A model generated the notes under the pieces. The model ran no database searches, was not told the origin of the DNA, and saw only the letters and a program-made list of their open reading frames with translations. The translations under genes and the position numbers were made by a program. This document shows, in pieces, positions 61,295-64,000 of a stretch of 64,000 nt of DNA; the first letter of the stretch is position 1, and the number at the start of each line of letters is the position of its first letter. Origin of the DNA: an uncultured cyanobacterium (GTDB lineage Bacteria > Cyanobacteriota > Cyanobacteriia > Cyanobacteriales > CAWUOF01); the NCBI GenBank assembly GCA_963744145.1, contig CAVUSO010000001.1:544001-608000 (forward strand), given 5' to 3'.

Positions 61295-62365
61295 TTAGAA
61301 ACGAGAGATAAAATTAATCGGAGAAAGAGTAGGATTGAGCATAGTGGGACTAATCCCAGCGCGATGAGCAACCAAAACGCCCAGTGCCTCTAAATAAGAG
61401 TTTACCTGTAATGCCTTGATTCCCAATTTTTCCGGTGGAACTTTCATTTTAGTGGTATTTTCCCTAACTGCAATCATCAGCACTGATAATTGACTCAAAC
61501 TCAATACCGCACTGCCACCACAAGCTGTCGCGGGTACAATTAAAGCATCGACATGGGTATTCCAGATCTGTTCCGGGGTAGGAATTAGCTGGGGATGGTT
61601 AGAAATAAACTGGGGAGCCCGACTTAAACCTACCAGAACACAAGGTAAAAAAGTGTATCCCAATTCTTCTGCTGCGGCTCGCGGTGAGAGATGGGGGTCA
61701 ATCGGTAGCGGTAATAAAGCTGGAGCATGAGCGCAGGGAATTTGAAAAGTCCGGACGATCAAATGACTAATCACTGCTTCTGCACCAGCTAAAGGATCGA
61801 CACCTTGTCCATGTCGATACTGAGCCAGAGCTTCACTGTCGGGATCATCAGGAAATCTTGTCACTACAGCGATCGCTTCTACTTTCCCATGTTTAATCAG
61901 TGCTGCTGCGGCTCGCAACAGACTATCGGGATGACCAATTGTCCCCCAACTAGCACCAGTAGCAGATGTACGCAGTTCTACTTGCAGAGCTGTATCGGTA
62001 ACAATATAATCTGTTAGGTTCACACCTAAAGTTGCTCTGGTTGCATCGGCTGCTTGTAAGTGTCGCAATCTTAGCTCTGGTTCAATCCCCGCATCCAGAA
62101 TTAAACCGATCCGATTTTGGTGAACTGGTTGTAATCCCCAACATCCCGCTGCAAATTGGTCTAGTCCGTAACCTTCCACATAGAAAATCTGTTCAGATGA
62201 CCAATATAATTGAGCACCATTAAGAACATTGGGGTGGGTAATCAAGCGATCGCTTATCGACGCGATCGCTCGAGCTACCGGTAAAGCATCTCCAGCATAA
62301 CCGCCGATCGCTGCTCCAATTCCGGTGGGGACAATGAGGACGACTGTATAAGGACGACGATTCAC
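61295..62365 (-). CDS. DUF3326-like conserved protein
   Basis: IVPTGIGAAIGGYAGDA, ITHPNVLNGA, GVDPLAGAEAVISH. Confidence 0.85.
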   Translation of the reverse strand: MNRRPYTVVLIVPTGIGAAIGGYAGDALPVARAIASISDRLITHPNVLNGAQLYWSSEQIFYVEGYGLDQFAAGCWGLQPVHQNRIGLILDAGIEPELRLRHLQAADATRATLGVNLTDYIVTDTALQVELRTSATGASWGTIGHPDSLLRAAAALIKHGKVEAIAVVTRFPDDPDSEALAQYRHGQGVDPLAGAEAVISHLIVRTFQIPCAHAPALLPLPIDPHLSPRAAAEELGYTFLPCVLVGLSRAPQFISNHPQLIPTPEQIWNTHVDALIVPATACGGSAVLSLSQLSVLMIAVRENTTKMKVPPEKLGIKALQVNSYLEALGVLVAHRAGISPTMLNPTLSPINFISRF

Positions 62366-62556
62366 CGTGAGCTAACAACATCAGTTTTAACTGTCACCAC
62401 TCCTTCCACGGTGACTTTTTGTTGTTCTTCATCAATCTGAGTAATTGCCCAGCGTAAAGGTTCTCCCTGTTGTTGTAAAGTCTTAGCAATTGCTGCTGCT
62501 AAATCTACAGGTGACTCTTGGATATCTATTTCTGCGGTAATAAAATGTGTCGTCAT
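62362..62556 (-). CDS. Small conserved hypothetical protein
   Basis: 64 aa with GEPLRWAIT. Stop overlaps the next start. Confidence 0.7.
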   Translation of the reverse strand: MTTHFITAEIDIQESPVDLAAAIAKTLQQQGEPLRWAITQIDEEQQKVTVEGVVTVKTDVVSSR

Positions 62557-62644
62557 GAGTTTAGGTTGAATTTCTGGTTTGATTTCGGACTATGTTAATC
62601 TAGCCGGGGTCTGAAACCCCTGGCAAACTAAAACTTGCTAAATT

Positions 62645-62971
62645 CTACTTTTTTTGGTGTTGACCAAATTGTAGTTCATAAACAGTATCTTCCATTCCTG
62701 TCTCAATTTTCAAGTCAGAACGAGGATAAGCTACGCATAACAATACATAACCTTGTTTTTGTAATTGGGGACTCACTCCCATTCCTTCAGTTTGCTCGAC
62801 TTCTCCGGTGATAATCTTTCCTGCACAAGTGGTACAGACTCCTGCATTGCAAGAATTAGGTAAACCGAGTTTAGCATCTTCAGCTACTTTGAGAATGGTT
62901 TGATCCTCTGGGACTTCGAGCTGGTAGGTAGTTTTTTCGTGGATAATTTCCACCTTGTAAGTCTTGGACAT
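62645..62971 (-). CDS. Plant-type [2Fe-2S] ferredoxin (Fed3/FdC1-like)
   Basis: SCNAGVCTTCA...LLCVAYPRSDL with C-terminal extension ED.VYELQFG. Confidence 0.9.
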   Translation of the reverse strand: MSKTYKVEIIHEKTTYQLEVPEDQTILKVAEDAKLGLPNSCNAGVCTTCAGKIITGEVEQTEGMGVSPQLQKQGYVLLCVAYPRSDLKIETGMEDTVYELQFGQHQKK

Positions 62972-63034
62972 AGATTTGAGCGCGATCTTTCTAAATGAAT
63001 CAGCCAAGTTAACATCTTAACTCGTTTGGTGATT

Positions 63035-64000
63035 CTAATCTAGTCCCGCTGATTTGAGTATTTTTTGTAATAAATCTATATTAACATTAATATCGGCAAT
63101 TATAGATGTCTGTGAATGAGGAACTCCATCACCAATTAAACTATAATAATCTAAGTCTACATATTGGCTAATTTCTCGATAATAAGGCATTTGATAGATG
63201 GGTGAAAGAAATTCTATTACTTTGGTTCCCGGTTGACAAAATACAATATTTGCTAATCCAGCTCCATGGGGTCCAATGACAAATTTTGCCTTAGCAAAAA
63301 GTAATACTTGCTCTTGGACTGACATTGATTCTAAAATGACAGGTTTAAATCCATAAGGAGCTAATAATTGCATCACTTTGTCTTCATTGATCACATGACG
63401 ACGTTGGGCTTTTTTTCTACTGATATAAATTCGGTCTTTGGGATTTTCTAAATTCTGGTTAGGTAAAAATGTCTGTCTCAGAAAATTACTAGAAAATCTA
63501 TTCCACCCAGCTCCAATGGGTACAATTAAATTTTCACCTTGAATATGCGGATATTGCTCATTGGTGATAATTTTGTGAGTTGGAATTCCTAAAAAATTTA
63601 GGGTTTCTTGTTGAAATTGTTTCTGATCACCAATGACTACAAATTTATCGATATCTTCTAAGTCAATATGATAGTCTCGCATAATTTGCAGACGTGGTAG
63701 AGAGTCAAACATCCAATGATAATAATTTTGACTCCAACGTGCTGTTAAAAGAACCACTTTTCCCTGAATATAATAAGCTGCTGGTAAGGTTTGCTCAGAT
63801 ATAATAAATTGATATAATTTGCCTTCGCAAACATCAGCAATAATTCTATCCTGGGAATTGAAAATAATTACTTTTTCGTCGGGTTCTACCCAAGCTCTAG
63901 CATTGTTTAAGATTCCAATAAATTTACTCGGAGGTTCTGGATCAGCAAAGAATACCTGTTGTTCTATTTGAATTAATTCACAATATTGTTTCAATAAATT
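63035..64000 (-). CDS. Glycosyltransferase family 61 (DUF563-like), probably 5'-truncated by the window edge
   Basis: NYYHWMFD.LPRL, IYISR, VIGPHGAGLAN..FC..GTKVIE. Confidence 0.85.
   Translation of the reverse strand, partial: NLLKQYCELIQIEQQVFFADPEPPSKFIGILNNARAWVEPDEKVIIFNSQDRIIADVCEGKLYQFIISEQTLPAAYYIQGKVVLLTARWSQNYYHWMFDSLPRLQIMRDYHIDLEDIDKFVVIGDQKQFQQETLNFLGIPTHKIITNEQYPHIQGENLIVPIGAGWNRFSSNFLRQTFLPNQNLENPKDRIYISRKKAQRRHVINEDKVMQLLAPYGFKPVILESMSVQEQVLLFAKAKFVIGPHGAGLANIVFCQPGTKVIEFLSPIYQMPYYREISQYVDLDYYSLIGDGVPHSQTSIIADINVNIDLLQKILKSAGLD

Noticed and set aside
8746-62223. Many 60-106 aa ORFs overlapping long genes (e.g. 8746, 9569, 13647, 23085, 48643, 52263, 61805)
   Set aside because: Antisense or out-of-frame shadows of well-supported genes, with no recognisable motifs.

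Overview
AT-rich cyanobacterial chromosome segment (abundant HIP1 GCGATCGC; ndhB, ccs1/ccdA, plant-type ferredoxin). Housekeeping and signalling genes (ppsA, ndhB, topA, queF, miaE, kdp, histidine kinases, adenylate cyclase, two MCPs) are interleaved with accessory DNA. Strongest signal: an ~11.3-kb island (38484-49763) bracketed by a 128-bp direct repeat of the 3' end of a Ser/Thr kinase-GUN4 gene. It carries a cluster I cannot match to a pathway I know: a GS-like ligase, a P450 lacking the I-helix Thr, a PLP decarboxylase, a MATE exporter, a flavin-dependent halogenase with a duplicated catalytic-Lys segment, and an APC permease. Other candidates are a three-gene TPR-caspase(CHAT) / small protein / 2-TM protein locus, a toxin-antitoxin array with flanking repeats, a DUF6745-like gene pair, a rearranged kdp operon with an unannotated 27-aa ORF, and several MITE families carrying REP-like hairpins. 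No rRNA, tRNA or CRISPR array was recognised. All family calls come from motif recognition by eye, with no database searches.
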